Source: Betaproteobacteria bacterium
GTDB lineage: Bacteria; Pseudomonadota; Gammaproteobacteria; Burkholderiales; SG8-41
NCBI GenBank assembly: GCA_016177355.1
Contig: JACOVL010000075.1
Location: forward strand, 1-58,198
Length of the DNA: 58,198 nucleotides
Direction of reading: 5' to 3'
Shown: positions 1 through 10,836 of the stretch, piece by piece
Numbering within the stretch: position 1 is the stretch's first letter
Layout: each line of letters begins with the position of its first letter
Position numbers and translations under genes: made by a program
Notes under the pieces: model-generated
What the model was told of the DNA's origin: nothing
The model's database searches: none
Seen by the model: only the letters and a program-made list of their open reading frames with translations

Positions 1-1
1 A

Positions 2-748
2 CCGGCGTGGCTCGCCTCGGCGCGGCGCGCGACGGAACTCATGCGCGGCACGCTGTGGCGCAACGGCAGGCTCGCCGCCACCTGCAAGGATGGGCGCGCC
101 CATCTCAACGCCTATCTCGACGACTACGCTTTCCTGCTCGACGCCTTGCTCGAACTCATGCAGACAGAGTTTCGCGAAGAGGATTTGCAGTTCGCGCGCG
201 AGCTGGCCGAAATCCTGCTCGGCCGGTTCGAGGACCGCGAGGCGGGCGGCTTTTTCTTCGTGTCCCACGACCACGAGAAGCTCATCCACCGCGCCAAGCC
301 CGGGCACGACAATGCAACCCCTTCCGGCAACGGCATCGCCGCGTTCGCCCTGCAGCGGCTGGGGCATCTGATCGGGGAATCGCGCTATCTCGCCGCGGCC
401 GAGCGCGCGCTGAAGCTCTACTACCCGGCGCTCGAGCGCCAGCCGGGCGGATTCGTGAGCCTCGCCACCGCGCTCGAGGAGCACCTCGCGCCGCCGCAGA
501 TCGTCGTCTTGCGCGGCGCCAGCCAGCGGATCGCCGAATGGCAACGCGCGCTCGCGGCGCGCTACCGGCCGGACGCGCTGGTTCTCGCGCTGCCCGCCGG
601 CCTGGCGGGACTGCCGCCCGTGCTGGACAAAGCCGTCCCCGCCGCAGGTGTCAACGCCTGGGTGTGCCGCGGCGTTACTTGTCTTCCCCCGGTCAACGAT
701 CTCGCCGAGCTCGAGCGCGTGGTCGGCAGCGGGCGGGCAGCCACGTGA
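2..748 (+). CDS. YyaL/DUF255 thioredoxin-domain family protein, C-terminal part (5' end lies outside the window)
   Basis: The frame is open from the window edge. The translation contains DDYAFLLDALLEL, EAGGFFF and DNATPSGNG segments typical of the C-terminal alpha-barrel of YyaL-like proteins. Stop codon ends at 748. Confidence 0.7.
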   Translation, partial: PAWLASARRATELMRGTLWRNGRLAATCKDGRAHLNAYLDDYAFLLDALLELMQTEFREEDLQFARELAEILLGRFEDREAGGFFFVSHDHEKLIHRAKPGHDNATPSGNGIAAFALQRLGHLIGESRYLAAAERALKLYYPALERQPGGFVSLATALEEHLAPPQIVVLRGASQRIAEWQRALAARYRPDALVLALPAGLAGLPPVLDKAVPAAGVNAWVCRGVTCLPPVNDLAELERVVGSGRAAT

Positions 749-818
749 TTACCTCACGGCAGTGGGGTAAAATGCGCGGGCTTTTTCACCATCAATCAAA
801 CCGACAAGGAGCCGAATA

Positions 819-1145
819 ATGAAAGCTGTCACAACCGTCCTCGCCGTTGCGGCCGGACTGTCCCTCGCCAGCGGCGCGCATGCCGCCGACCCCAAGGCCG
901 CCGAGGCCCTTGCCAAGGCGAGCGGCTGCCTTGCCTGTCACACCGTGGACAAGAAGTTGATCGGGCCGAGCTACAAGGAGATCGCCGGCAAGTACCGCAA
1001 GGACAAGGGGGCGGAAGCGAACCTGATCAAGAAAGTGAAGGCGGGCGGCAAGGGCGTGTGGGGCGAGGTGCCGATGATGCCCAACGCGCACGTCAAGGAT
1101 GAGGATATCAAGACCATCGTGCAGTGGATCCTGTCCATCAAGTAA
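819..1145 (+). CDS. Class I c-type cytochrome, cytochrome c-551/c8-like, secreted
   Basis: 108 aa with a signal peptide ending AHA/AD. Single CLACH heme motif, and VWGEVPMMPN supplies the distal Met. Overall similarity to Pseudomonas cytochrome c-551. AAGGAG lies upstream of the ATG. Confidence 0.9.
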   Translation: MKAVTTVLAVAAGLSLASGAHAADPKAAEALAKASGCLACHTVDKKLIGPSYKEIAGKYRKDKGAEANLIKKVKAGGKGVWGEVPMMPNAHVKDEDIKTIVQWILSIK

Positions 1146-1162
1146 GCCGGTCCGCCGTCCGG

Positions 1163-1189
1163 AAAAGCCGGCGCAAGCCGGCTTTTTTT
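1163..1189 (+). terminator. Rho-independent terminator after the cytochrome c gene
   Basis: GCCGGC (1167-1172), GCAA loop, GCCGGC (1177-1182), then a T7 run (1183-1189). An A-run precedes the stem. Confidence 0.7.
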
Positions 1190-1208
1190 CGCCGCGCGGC
1201 GCCCGAAA

Positions 1209-1237
1209 TTGACAACGCATCAGGCCCCACGGATAAT
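1209..1237 (+). promoter_or_regulatory. Candidate sigma70 promoter of the liv operon
   Basis: TTGACA (1209-1214), 17-nt spacer, GATAAT (1232-1237), about 44 nt upstream of the SBP start codon. Confidence 0.45.
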
Positions 1238-1280
1238 AATTTCCTTCGTAGCAACAACGATTTATCTCAAAGGAGCCCGT

Positions 1281-2510
1281 ATGTCGCGCAGGCCCGCACT
1301 CGGCGTCATTCTGAGTTTCGCATTCGCGTTCATCCTCGCCGCCTGCGGCAAGGAAGCACCGCCGCCGCCCGCGCCCAAGGCCGAAGCGCCGAAGCCGCCG
1401 CCCGAGATCACGGTGAAGATCGGCCAGGCGTCGCCCCTCACCGGCCCCCAGGCCCATCTCGGCAAGGACAACGACAACGGCGCGCGCCTCGCCATCGAGG
1501 AAATGAACGCCAAGGGCTTGATGATAGCCGGCGCGAAAGTGAAGTTCGAACTCATGAGCGAAGACGACCAGGCCGACCCGAAAACGGGCACCATCGTGGC
1601 GCAGAAGATGGTGGATGCCAAGGTCGCCGGCGTGATCGGACACCTCAACTCCGGCACCACGATACCGGCATCCAAGATCTACAACGACGCCGGCATCCCG
1701 CAAGTCTCCCCTTCGGCGACCAATCCCAAATACACCGAGCAGGGCTACAAGGGCGCGTTCCGCGTGATGGCGAACGACGTCCAGCAGGGCAAGGTGCTCG
1801 GGGAGTACGCGGTGAAAACCGGCGCCAAGAGGATCGCCATCATCGACGACCGTACCGCCTACGGCCAGGGGCTCGCCGACGAATTCGAGAAGGCGGCGAA
1901 GGCGGGGGGCGCGAACGTCGTCGGGCGCGAGTTCACCAGCGACAAGGCGACCGATTTCCGCTCGATCCTGACCAGCGTCAAGGCCAAGAAGCCGGACCTC
2001 GTGTTCTACGGCGGCATGGACGGCCAGGCCGGGCCGATGGCGGCACAGATGAAATCGCTGGGCATCAAGGCCAGGTTTCTCGGCGGCGACGGCGCGCAGA
2101 GCGCCGAGTTCATCAAGCTTGCCGGTCCCGCGGCGGAAGGCGTGATCGCCTCCTCGCCGGGGCTGCCGCTCGACAAGATGCCGGGCAGCAAGGGTTTCAC
2201 CGAGAAATTCACTTCCAAGTACGGCCCGATACAGATCTACGCGCCGTACGCCTACGATGCGACGATGACGCTGATCGAGGCGATGGTGAAGGCTGATTCC
2301 GTCGTCCCGGCGAAGTACCTGCCCGTGCTCGCCAAGATCACCCGCCAGGGAGTGACCGGGCCGGTCGCGTTCGACGAAAAAGGCGACCTGAGGAACAGCC
2401 CGATCACGCTCTACGTCGTGAAGGAGGGCAAATGGGACGCGCTTGAAACGGTGGGCGGAGAAGCGGCGGCGTCCGCGGCTGCCCCGGCGCCGGCTCCCGA
2501 CAAAAAATGA
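1281..2510 (+). CDS. Leu/Ile/Val-type (LivK/LivJ family) ABC transporter substrate-binding lipoprotein
   Basis: ATG 1281 is preceded by AGGAG (1271-1275). Lipobox LAAC follows a hydrophobic leader. The body matches type I periplasmic binding proteins of the branched-chain amino acid family. The track ORF starting at 1209 begins inside the promoter -35 box, so the shorter form is preferred. Confidence 0.9.
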   Translation: MSRRPALGVILSFAFAFILAACGKEAPPPPAPKAEAPKPPPEITVKIGQASPLTGPQAHLGKDNDNGARLAIEEMNAKGLMIAGAKVKFELMSEDDQADPKTGTIVAQKMVDAKVAGVIGHLNSGTTIPASKIYNDAGIPQVSPSATNPKYTEQGYKGAFRVMANDVQQGKVLGEYAVKTGAKRIAIIDDRTAYGQGLADEFEKAAKAGGANVVGREFTSDKATDFRSILTSVKAKKPDLVFYGGMDGQAGPMAAQMKSLGIKARFLGGDGAQSAEFIKLAGPAAEGVIASSPGLPLDKMPGSKGFTEKFTSKYGPIQIYAPYAYDATMTLIEAMVKADSVVPAKYLPVLAKITRQGVTGPVAFDEKGDLRNSPITLYVVKEGKWDALETVGGEAAASAAAPAPAPDKK

Positions 2511-2544
2511 CAGCGCAGCGGTGATACGCTTGCGCTGAATTGAA

Positions 2545-2568
2545 ACGGCACCTGCGGGTGCCGTTTTT
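2545..2568 (+). terminator. Intra-operon hairpin with a T-run between the SBP and permease genes (partial terminator/attenuator)
   Basis: ACGGCACC (2545-2552), TGCG loop, GGTGCCGT (2557-2564), followed by TTTT. It lies 9 nt before the livH ATG. Confidence 0.5.
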
Positions 2569-2576
2569 GCGCGTTA

Positions 2577-3506
2577 ATGGACATATTCCTGCAGCAGCTG
2601 ATCAACGGCGTGGTGCTGGGCGCGATCTACGCCCTGGTCGCGCTCGGTTACACCATGGTCTACGGCATCCTCGGGCTCATCAACTTCGCGCACGGCGAAG
2701 TGGTGATGATCGGCGCGCTGGTGGCGCTCACCGTGATCCAGTTGCTGGTGGGAAGCGGGATCGCACTGCCCGGGCCGGCGATCGCGGCGCTGGGCCTGCT
2801 GGTGGCAATGCCGGTGTGCATGGCGCTGGGTTACGCTATCGAGCGCGTCGCCTACCGCCCGCTGCGCGGCGCGCCGCGCCTCGCCCCGCTCATTACCGCG
2901 ATCGGGGTCTCCATCCTGCTGCAAAACGTGGCGATGATCGTGTGGGGGCGCCAGTATCATTCGTTTCCCGCGCTGCTGCCGGCGACGCCGCACCAGATCG
3001 GCGGGGCCACGTTGAACGACTTGCAGATCTTCATCGTGCTGCTCGCGGCCGCGGTCATGGCTGCGCTGCTCGCCATCGTGCACCGCACGCGGCTCGGCCG
3101 CGCCATGCGCGCGACCGCGCAGAACCCGGAAGTCGCGGGGCTGATGGGCGTCAACATCAACACCGTCATTTCCATCACTTTCGTGATCGGGTCAGCGCTC
3201 GCCGCGGTGGCCGGGGTGATGATCAGCGCCTATTACGGCGTGGCCCACTATTTCATGGGTTTCATGCTGGGCCTGAAGGCGTTCACCGCGGCGGTGCTGG
3301 GCGGCATCGGCAATATCGCCGGCGCGATGCTGGGGGGACTCCTGCTCGGCGTGATCGAAAGCCTGGGCGCGGGCTACATCGGGCCGCTGACCGGCGGTTT
3401 CCTCGGCAGCCATTACCAGGACGTGTTCGCGTTCCTGGTGCTGATCCTGGTGCTGGTATTCCGGCCCTCGGGGCTGCTCGGCGAGCGCGTCGCGGAACGG
3501 TCTTGA
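2577..3506 (+). CDS. livH: Branched-chain amino acid ABC transporter permease LivH
   Basis: 309 aa polytopic membrane protein. The N-terminus MDIFLQQLINGVVLGAIYALVALGYTMVYG is typical of LivH. Confidence 0.92.
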   Translation: MDIFLQQLINGVVLGAIYALVALGYTMVYGILGLINFAHGEVVMIGALVALTVIQLLVGSGIALPGPAIAALGLLVAMPVCMALGYAIERVAYRPLRGAPRLAPLITAIGVSILLQNVAMIVWGRQYHSFPALLPATPHQIGGATLNDLQIFIVLLAAAVMAALLAIVHRTRLGRAMRATAQNPEVAGLMGVNINTVISITFVIGSALAAVAGVMISAYYGVAHYFMGFMLGLKAFTAAVLGGIGNIAGAMLGGLLLGVIESLGAGYIGPLTGGFLGSHYQDVFAFLVLILVLVFRPSGLLGERVAERS

Positions 3507-3524
3507 AGACATGGCTGGTGAGTC

Positions 3525-4646
3525 GTGACGGGTGACTGGGAAAAACTAAAACGCGATCCGCGCTTCGTGTGGCCCGCGTTCATCGCCCTCGCACTGCTGC
3601 TGCTCGCGCTGCCGTTCGTCGCCGACTGGGCGCTCGGCCGCGCCTGGGTGCGCATAGCCGCTTTCGTGCTGCTCTACGTCATGCTCGCGCTGGGACTCAA
3701 TATCGTGGTCGGCTACGCCGGCCTGCTCGACCTGGGTTACGTCGCCTTCTTCGCGGTCGGGGCCTATTTCTACGCGCTGCTCGCCTCTCCCCACTTCGGC
3801 GTCCACCTGCCGTTCTGGCTGCTGCTGCCGCTGGGCGCGGCGGTCGCCTGCGTCTTCGGCGTGCTGCTCGGCGCGCCGACGCTGCGATTGCGCGGCGACT
3901 ACCTCGCCATCGTCACGCTCGGCTTCGGCGAGATCATCCGCATCTTCCTGGTGAACCTCAATGCGCCGGTCAACATCACCAACGGCCCCCAGGGCGTCAA
4001 CCTGATCGACCCGATCCGGCTCGGCGACTTCTCGCTGGCGCAGGCACACGCTTTCCTGGGCATAAGCTTCCCCACCGTCTACAACTACTACTACCTGTTC
4101 CTCGCGCTGACGCTTTTCGTGATCTTCGTCTCGATGCGGCTCGAGCATTCGCGCATCGGCCGCGCCTGGGTGGCGATCCGCGAGGACGAGGTGGCGGCGG
4201 CCGCCATGGGCATCAATACCCGCAACGTGAAACTCCTCGCCTTCGCGATGGGCGCGAGCTTCGGCGGCGTCTCCGGCGGCCTCTTCGCCGGCTTCCAGGG
4301 TTTCGTCAGCCCCGAGAGTTTCACGATCATCGAATCCATCATGATCCTGTGCATGGTGGTGCTCGGCGGCATGGGCCACATACCGGGCGTCATACTGGGC
4401 GTTGTGCTGCTGGTGATCCTCCCCGAGGCGCTGCGTTACCTGGGGCCGCTGCAGCAGTGGCTCATCGGGCGCGTGCTCGCCGATCCCGCGGACCTGCGCC
4501 TGCTGGTATTCGGCCTGGCGCTGATCCTGGTCATGCTGCTGCGCCCCTCGGGCATGTGGCCTTCGCAAGTGCGCCGGCGCGAGCTTTCCGCGACAGGCAA
4601 TCCAGCCCGCAACGGGCCGACGAGCGTCCGCGATGCCGGAGAATAG
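3525..4646 (+). CDS. livM: Branched-chain amino acid ABC transporter permease LivM
   Basis: GTG start 19 nt after the livH stop. Polytopic protein with LNIVVGYAGLLDLGYVAFFAVGAY and LRGDYLAIVTLGFGEI motifs of LivM. Confidence 0.9.
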   Translation: MTGDWEKLKRDPRFVWPAFIALALLLLALPFVADWALGRAWVRIAAFVLLYVMLALGLNIVVGYAGLLDLGYVAFFAVGAYFYALLASPHFGVHLPFWLLLPLGAAVACVFGVLLGAPTLRLRGDYLAIVTLGFGEIIRIFLVNLNAPVNITNGPQGVNLIDPIRLGDFSLAQAHAFLGISFPTVYNYYYLFLALTLFVIFVSMRLEHSRIGRAWVAIREDEVAAAAMGINTRNVKLLAFAMGASFGGVSGGLFAGFQGFVSPESFTIIESIMILCMVVLGGMGHIPGVILGVVLLVILPEALRYLGPLQQWLIGRVLADPADLRLLVFGLALILVMLLRPSGMWPSQVRRRELSATGNPARNGPTSVRDAGE

Positions 4647-5412
4647 CGCCGCCCTGCTCGAAGCCAGCGCCGTCAGCAAGCGCTTTGGCGGCCTCGCCGC
4701 GCTGTCCGGGATCTCGCTCGGCGTCATGCGCGGCGAGATCTTCGGGCTGATCGGGCCCAACGGCGCGGGCAAGACGACGCTGTTCAACATCCTGACCGGC
4801 CTCTACCGCCCCGACGCCGGCGAATTCGTCTTCGACGGCGCGCGCATGACGGGCATGAAGCCGCACCAGGTGGCCGAGCGCGGCATTGCGCGAACATTCC
4901 AGAACATACGCCTCTTTGCCAACATGACGGCGCTCGAGAACGTGATGGTCGGGCGTCACTCCCGCACGCGCGCCGGCGTGCTCGGCGCGGTCACGTACAG
5001 TGCCGCCACCCGCGCGGAAGAGGCGGCGACCGCGGAACGCGCGCACGCTCTGCTCGAATACGTCGGCATCTCCGGCTGCGCCGGAGAGCTTGCCAGCACG
5101 CTCGCCTACGGCCACCAGCGCCGCCTGGAGATCGCGCGCGCGCTCGCGACCGACCCCAAGCTGCTCGCGCTCGATGAGCCCGCCGCGGGCATGAACGCGA
5201 CCGAGACCGCCGAATTGAAGCGCTTGCTCGCGCGGATACGCGGCGACGGCATCACGCTGCTCCTGATCGAGCACGACGTGAAGCTGGTGATGGGGCTGTG
5301 CGATCGCGTGGCGGTGCTCGACTACGGCAGGAAGATCGCGGAAGGCGCGCCGGCGCAAGTGCAGCGCGATCCGGCGGTCATCGAAGCCTACCTCGGAGGC
5401 GCCCTTGCTTGA
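4633..5412 (+). CDS. livG: Branched-chain amino acid ABC transporter ATP-binding protein LivG
   Basis: Walker A GPNGAGKTT, signature YGHQRRLEIARAL, Walker B LLALDEPAAG. Overlaps the livM end by 14 nt. Confidence 0.93.
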   Translation: MPENSAALLEASAVSKRFGGLAALSGISLGVMRGEIFGLIGPNGAGKTTLFNILTGLYRPDAGEFVFDGARMTGMKPHQVAERGIARTFQNIRLFANMTALENVMVGRHSRTRAGVLGAVTYSAATRAEEAATAERAHALLEYVGISGCAGELASTLAYGHQRRLEIARALATDPKLLALDEPAAGMNATETAELKRLLARIRGDGITLLLIEHDVKLVMGLCDRVAVLDYGRKIAEGAPAQVQRDPAVIEAYLGGALA

Positions 5413-6101
5413 AGCGCGGGGCTTGAAGGTTTCCTACGGCGGCATCAACGCCGTCAAGGGCATCGACCTGGAGGTCGGGCGCGGCGAGCTCGTCACGCTG
5501 ATCGGCTGCAACGGCGCCGGCAAGAGCACGACGCTGAAGGCGCTGGCGGGCCTGTTGAGGCCCGCCGCGGGCCGCATCCACTATAATGGCAGCGATATCA
5601 CGGCGCGCCCGGCGTTCGAGCTCGTCCGGCGGGGACTTGCGCTGGTGCCTGAAGGACGCGGCGTATTCGGGCGGCTGACCGTGGAGGAGAACCTGGCGAT
5701 GGGCGCCTACAGCCGCCGGGACCGGGCGCGGGTGGACGCCGATTTCGAGCGCGTCTACGAGCGGTTTCCGCGGCTGGCCGAGCGGCGTCGCCAGCCCGCC
5801 GGGACGCTGTCGGGAGGGGAGCAGCAGATGCTCGCGATCGGGCGCGCGCTGATGAGCCGGCCGCAACTGCTGCTGCTCGACGAGCCCAGCATGGGGCTGG
5901 CGCCGCTCATGGTGCAGAAGATATTCGAAACCATACGCGCGATCGCGCAAGAGGGAGTGACTTTGCTGCTGGTCGAGCAAAACGCCAGGCTCGCGCTCGA
6001 GGCAAGCCACCGCGGCTATGTCATGGACAGCGGCGTGATCACGCTTGCCGACAGCGCCCCGCGCCTGCTCGGCAACCCCCAGGTCAGGCAGGCCTATCTC
6101 G

Positions 6102-6109
<8 letters not shown>
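5405..6109 (+). CDS. livF: Branched-chain amino acid ABC transporter ATP-binding protein LivF
   Basis: TTG start overlapping the livG stop. Walker A GCNGAGKST, signature LSGGEQQMLAIGRAL, Walker B LLLLDEPS. Confidence 0.93.
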
Positions 6110-7961
<1,852 letters not shown>

Positions 7962-7987
7962 GCGCGAGACCGGATCCCCGAACCGAC

Positions 7988-9922
7988 ATGGACAACCCTG
8001 CCGCGATCGGCAAGTACCGGATCCAGGGCACGCTCGGCCAGGGCGGGATGGGCACCGTCTACAAGGCGTTCGATCCGGCCATCCACCGCCAGGTCGCGAT
8101 CAAGACCATCATCAAATCCTCGCTCGATCCCGCCGACCTGCAGTACGCGCTCACGCGCTTCCGGCACGAAGCGCAGGCCGTGGGACGGCTCACCCATCCG
8201 CGCATCGCCGCAATCTACGACTACGGCGAGGACCTGGACCTCGCCTACATCGTGATGGAGATCGTGAACGGCAAGTCGCTGTTCCAGCACATCCAGAACA
8301 AGGCGCAGTTCAGCCTGAAGGAAATCGGCGAGATCGTCCGGCAACTGCTCGACGGCCTGGGTTACGCCCACGGGCAAGGCGTGACCCACCGTGACATCAA
8401 GCCCTCGAATCTCCTGATCAACGACGACGGGCGCATCAAGATCAGCGATTTCGGCATCGCGCGCATCGAGTCCTCCACGCTCACCCAGGTGGGCGAGATC
8501 ATGGGCTCGCCCGGCTACATGCCGCCGGAGCAATTTCTCGGCACCGAGATCGACGCGCGCAGCGACATCTATTCCGTGGGCGTGATCGCCTACGAGCTGC
8601 TCGCGGGGCGGCGCCCGTTCATCGGCAACAACGCCGAAGTCATGCGCCAGGCGCTCAACGTGCGGCCGGTGAACCCGTCGGAGCACAACCCCAAGATCTC
8701 GGTGCAGCTCGACTGGGCGGTGCAGAAGGCGCTCGCCAAAAAACAAGGGGACCGCTTTCAAAGCGCGAAGGACTTTTCCGACGCCTTCATCAAGGGCATC
8801 GAGGCGAGCATCCGCATGGCAAACCGCGAGCTCGAGCCAAACGCGATGGAGGACGCGCCCACTCAGCGCATCGATCCCGCCCTGGTCCAGGCCGCGCGCA
8901 TGCTTGCGGGCCTGCAGCCGGCGAAGAACGAGGCGCCGGTAGCGGAGGCGGCGCCCCGGCAACCGGCGGAAATGCCGGCCGCAACTGCCGCTCCCGAGGC
9001 TGCCGCCAGGAAAGCGCGCATCCTGTTCGTGGACGACGAGGAGCGCATCCTCACCGCGCTGCGCTCGATCTTCCGCGCCCACTATCACGTGTTTACCGCG
9101 ACCAACGGAAAAGAAGCGCTGGATTTCGTCGGCAAGTTCAAGCCCCACGTCGTGGTGAGCGATCAGCGCATGCCGGAGATGACCGGGGTGGAGCTGCTGC
9201 GGCAGGTCAAGGACGCCGCGCCCGGCACGGTGCGGCTGCTGCTGACGGGCTACTCGGACCTCGCTTCGATCGTGGGCTCGATCAACGAAGGCGAGGTGTT
9301 CCGCTTCGTCTCCAAGCCGTGGGACAACCAGGAAATCCAGAAGACGATGGGCGAGGCGGTGGCGATCGCGCTCGAACTGGCGGAGGCCACCGTGACCGGC
9401 ATCGCGACGCCGGACAGGATGAACGCCGCGATCCTAGTGGTGGACCGCGGCGAGGAAGCCTACAAGGCCGCCAAGGAATTGTTCGGCACGGCCTGCCCCG
9501 TGCTCCACGCAAAGGATCTCGAGGGGGCGTTTGCGGCGCTCGAGTCTCAGGAAACCGCGCTGATCATCGCCGACATCGAGCGCGGCGGGCGGGACGACCT
9601 GGTCGCCGTGTTCAAGGTGCTCAAGCAGGAACACCCCGAGATCCTGACCATCGTGCTGACCGAGGCGTCGGATTCGGAGCTGGTGATCGAGCTCATCAAC
9701 CAGGCGCAGATCTTCCGCTTCGTCAACAAGCCGGTGAACCTGAAGCTCCTCCAGCAGCACGCGCAAGCCGCGCTCGAGCGCTACCAGTCGTTCCAGCAGG
9801 CGCCGCAACTCGCGTTGAGCCACAAGGTCGCGCACGCCAGCGCCGCGAGCGACAACCTCATCAGCAAGTTCAGGGACCGCGTGCAGTCGCTGAAGGGCTG
9901 GTTGCGCCCGGTGATCCGCTAA
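7988..9922 (+). CDS. Hanks-type Ser/Thr protein kinase fused to two C-terminal receiver (REC) domains
   Basis: Kinase motifs: GQGGMGTVYKA, VAIK (K39), HRDIKPSNLL (D136), DFG (154-156), GSPGYMPPE. An Ala/Pro-rich linker spans aa ~285-340. REC1 (aa ~343-458) has DD349/350, D392, T420 and K443. REC2 (aa ~480-595) has D486, D529, T558 and K581. Confidence 0.85.
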   Translation: MDNPAAIGKYRIQGTLGQGGMGTVYKAFDPAIHRQVAIKTIIKSSLDPADLQYALTRFRHEAQAVGRLTHPRIAAIYDYGEDLDLAYIVMEIVNGKSLFQHIQNKAQFSLKEIGEIVRQLLDGLGYAHGQGVTHRDIKPSNLLINDDGRIKISDFGIARIESSTLTQVGEIMGSPGYMPPEQFLGTEIDARSDIYSVGVIAYELLAGRRPFIGNNAEVMRQALNVRPVNPSEHNPKISVQLDWAVQKALAKKQGDRFQSAKDFSDAFIKGIEASIRMANRELEPNAMEDAPTQRIDPALVQAARMLAGLQPAKNEAPVAEAAPRQPAEMPAATAAPEAAARKARILFVDDEERILTALRSIFRAHYHVFTATNGKEALDFVGKFKPHVVVSDQRMPEMTGVELLRQVKDAAPGTVRLLLTGYSDLASIVGSINEGEVFRFVSKPWDNQEIQKTMGEAVAIALELAEATVTGIATPDRMNAAILVVDRGEEAYKAAKELFGTACPVLHAKDLEGAFAALESQETALIIADIERGGRDDLVAVFKVLKQEHPEILTIVLTEASDSELVIELINQAQIFRFVNKPVNLKLLQQHAQAALERYQSFQQAPQLALSHKVAHASAASDNLISKFRDRVQSLKGWLRPVIR

Positions 9923-9926
9923 ATTC

Positions 9927-10823
9927 TCATACCCAGTCCCTGGGCACGAGAAATTCCCGGTACAGCTTTTCCTCCGCGCTGCCCGGCTCCGGCTTCCAGT
10001 CGTAGCGCCATTCCACGCGCGGCGGCAGCGAAATCAGGATGGATTCGGTGCGCCCGCCCGACTGCAGGCCGAACAGCGTGCCGCGGTCGTAGACCAGGTT
10101 GAACTCGACGTAGCGCCCGCGTCGGTAGGCCTGGAACGCGCGCTCGCGATCCGTGTAGGGGAGGCCCCGGCGGCGCTCGAGGATGGGCAGGTACGCCGGC
10201 AGGAAATGCCCGCCCACGCTCCTCACCAGCGCAAAGCAGCCGTCGAAGTCGGGCCGGCTGAGATCGTCGAAGAAAATGCCGCCGACGCCGCGCGCCTCGC
10301 CCCGGTGCTTGAGGAAAAAATACTCGTCGCACCACCGCTTGAACCGCGGGTAGTGCTCCGCGCCGAAGGGGGCCAGCGCGTCGCGGCAGCAGCGGTGGAA
10401 ATGCCGCGCGTCCTCGGCGTATCCATAGTACGGCGTCAGGTCCATGCCGCCGCCGAACCACCACACCGGCCCGGTTCCGGCCTTCTCCGCGACGAAGAAC
10501 CGCACGTTCATGTGCGCGGTCGGGGCGTGCGGGTTGCGCGGGTGCAGCACGAGGGAGACGCCCATCGCCTCGAACGAGCGGCCGGCGAGCTCCGGCCGGC
10601 CAGCGCTGGCGGATGGCGGCAGGCCGCTGCCCAGCACGTGCGAGAAATTGACCCCGGCGCGCTCGAAAACGCCACCGTCTTCCAGCATACGGGTGACGCC
10701 GCCACCGCCTTCAGCGCGGCTCCATTCATCGCGCCGGAACTCCCCGCCGTCCAGCTCGGCGAGCCGGCCGACGACCGCCTCCTGCAGCCCGAGAAAAAAC
10801 CGCTTGACGGCGGGCCGGTCCAC
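9927..10823 (-). CDS. hemF: Oxygen-dependent coproporphyrinogen III oxidase HemF
   Basis: Motifs [28 protein letters not shown] and [12 protein letters not shown] 10823 gives the N-terminus (M)[13 protein letters not shown], which aligns with E. coli HemF MKPDAHQVKQFLLNLQ. The longer track ORF would overlap purD. Confidence 0.9.
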   Translation of the reverse strand: MDRPAVKRFFLGLQEAVVGRLAELDGGEFRRDEWSRAEGGGGVTRMLEDGGVFERAGVNFSHVLGSGLPPSASAGRPELAGRSFEAMGVSLVLHPRNPHAPTAHMNVRFFVAEKAGTGPVWWFGGGMDLTPYYGYAEDARHFHRCCRDALAPFGAEHYPRFKRWCDEYFFLKHRGEARGVGGIFFDDLSRPDFDGCFALVRSVGGHFLPAYLPILERRRGLPYTDRERAFQAYRRGRYVEFNLVYDRGTLFGLQSGGRTESILISLPPRVEWRYDWKPEPGSAEEKLYREFLVPRDWV

Positions 10824-10836
10824 GTTGCGATGGCCG

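Noticed and set aside
7-819. 270-aa ORF and other same-strand alternative-frame ORFs (for example 3569-4750, 9319-10005, 25483-26409, 42196-43644, 43945-45501, 46510-48327, 50579-51616, 53909-55093, 55991-57163).
   Set aside because: They overlap well-supported genes in another frame and have Arg/Pro/Gly-dominated composition. They have no motifs, and their starts and ends do not fit the gene spacing.
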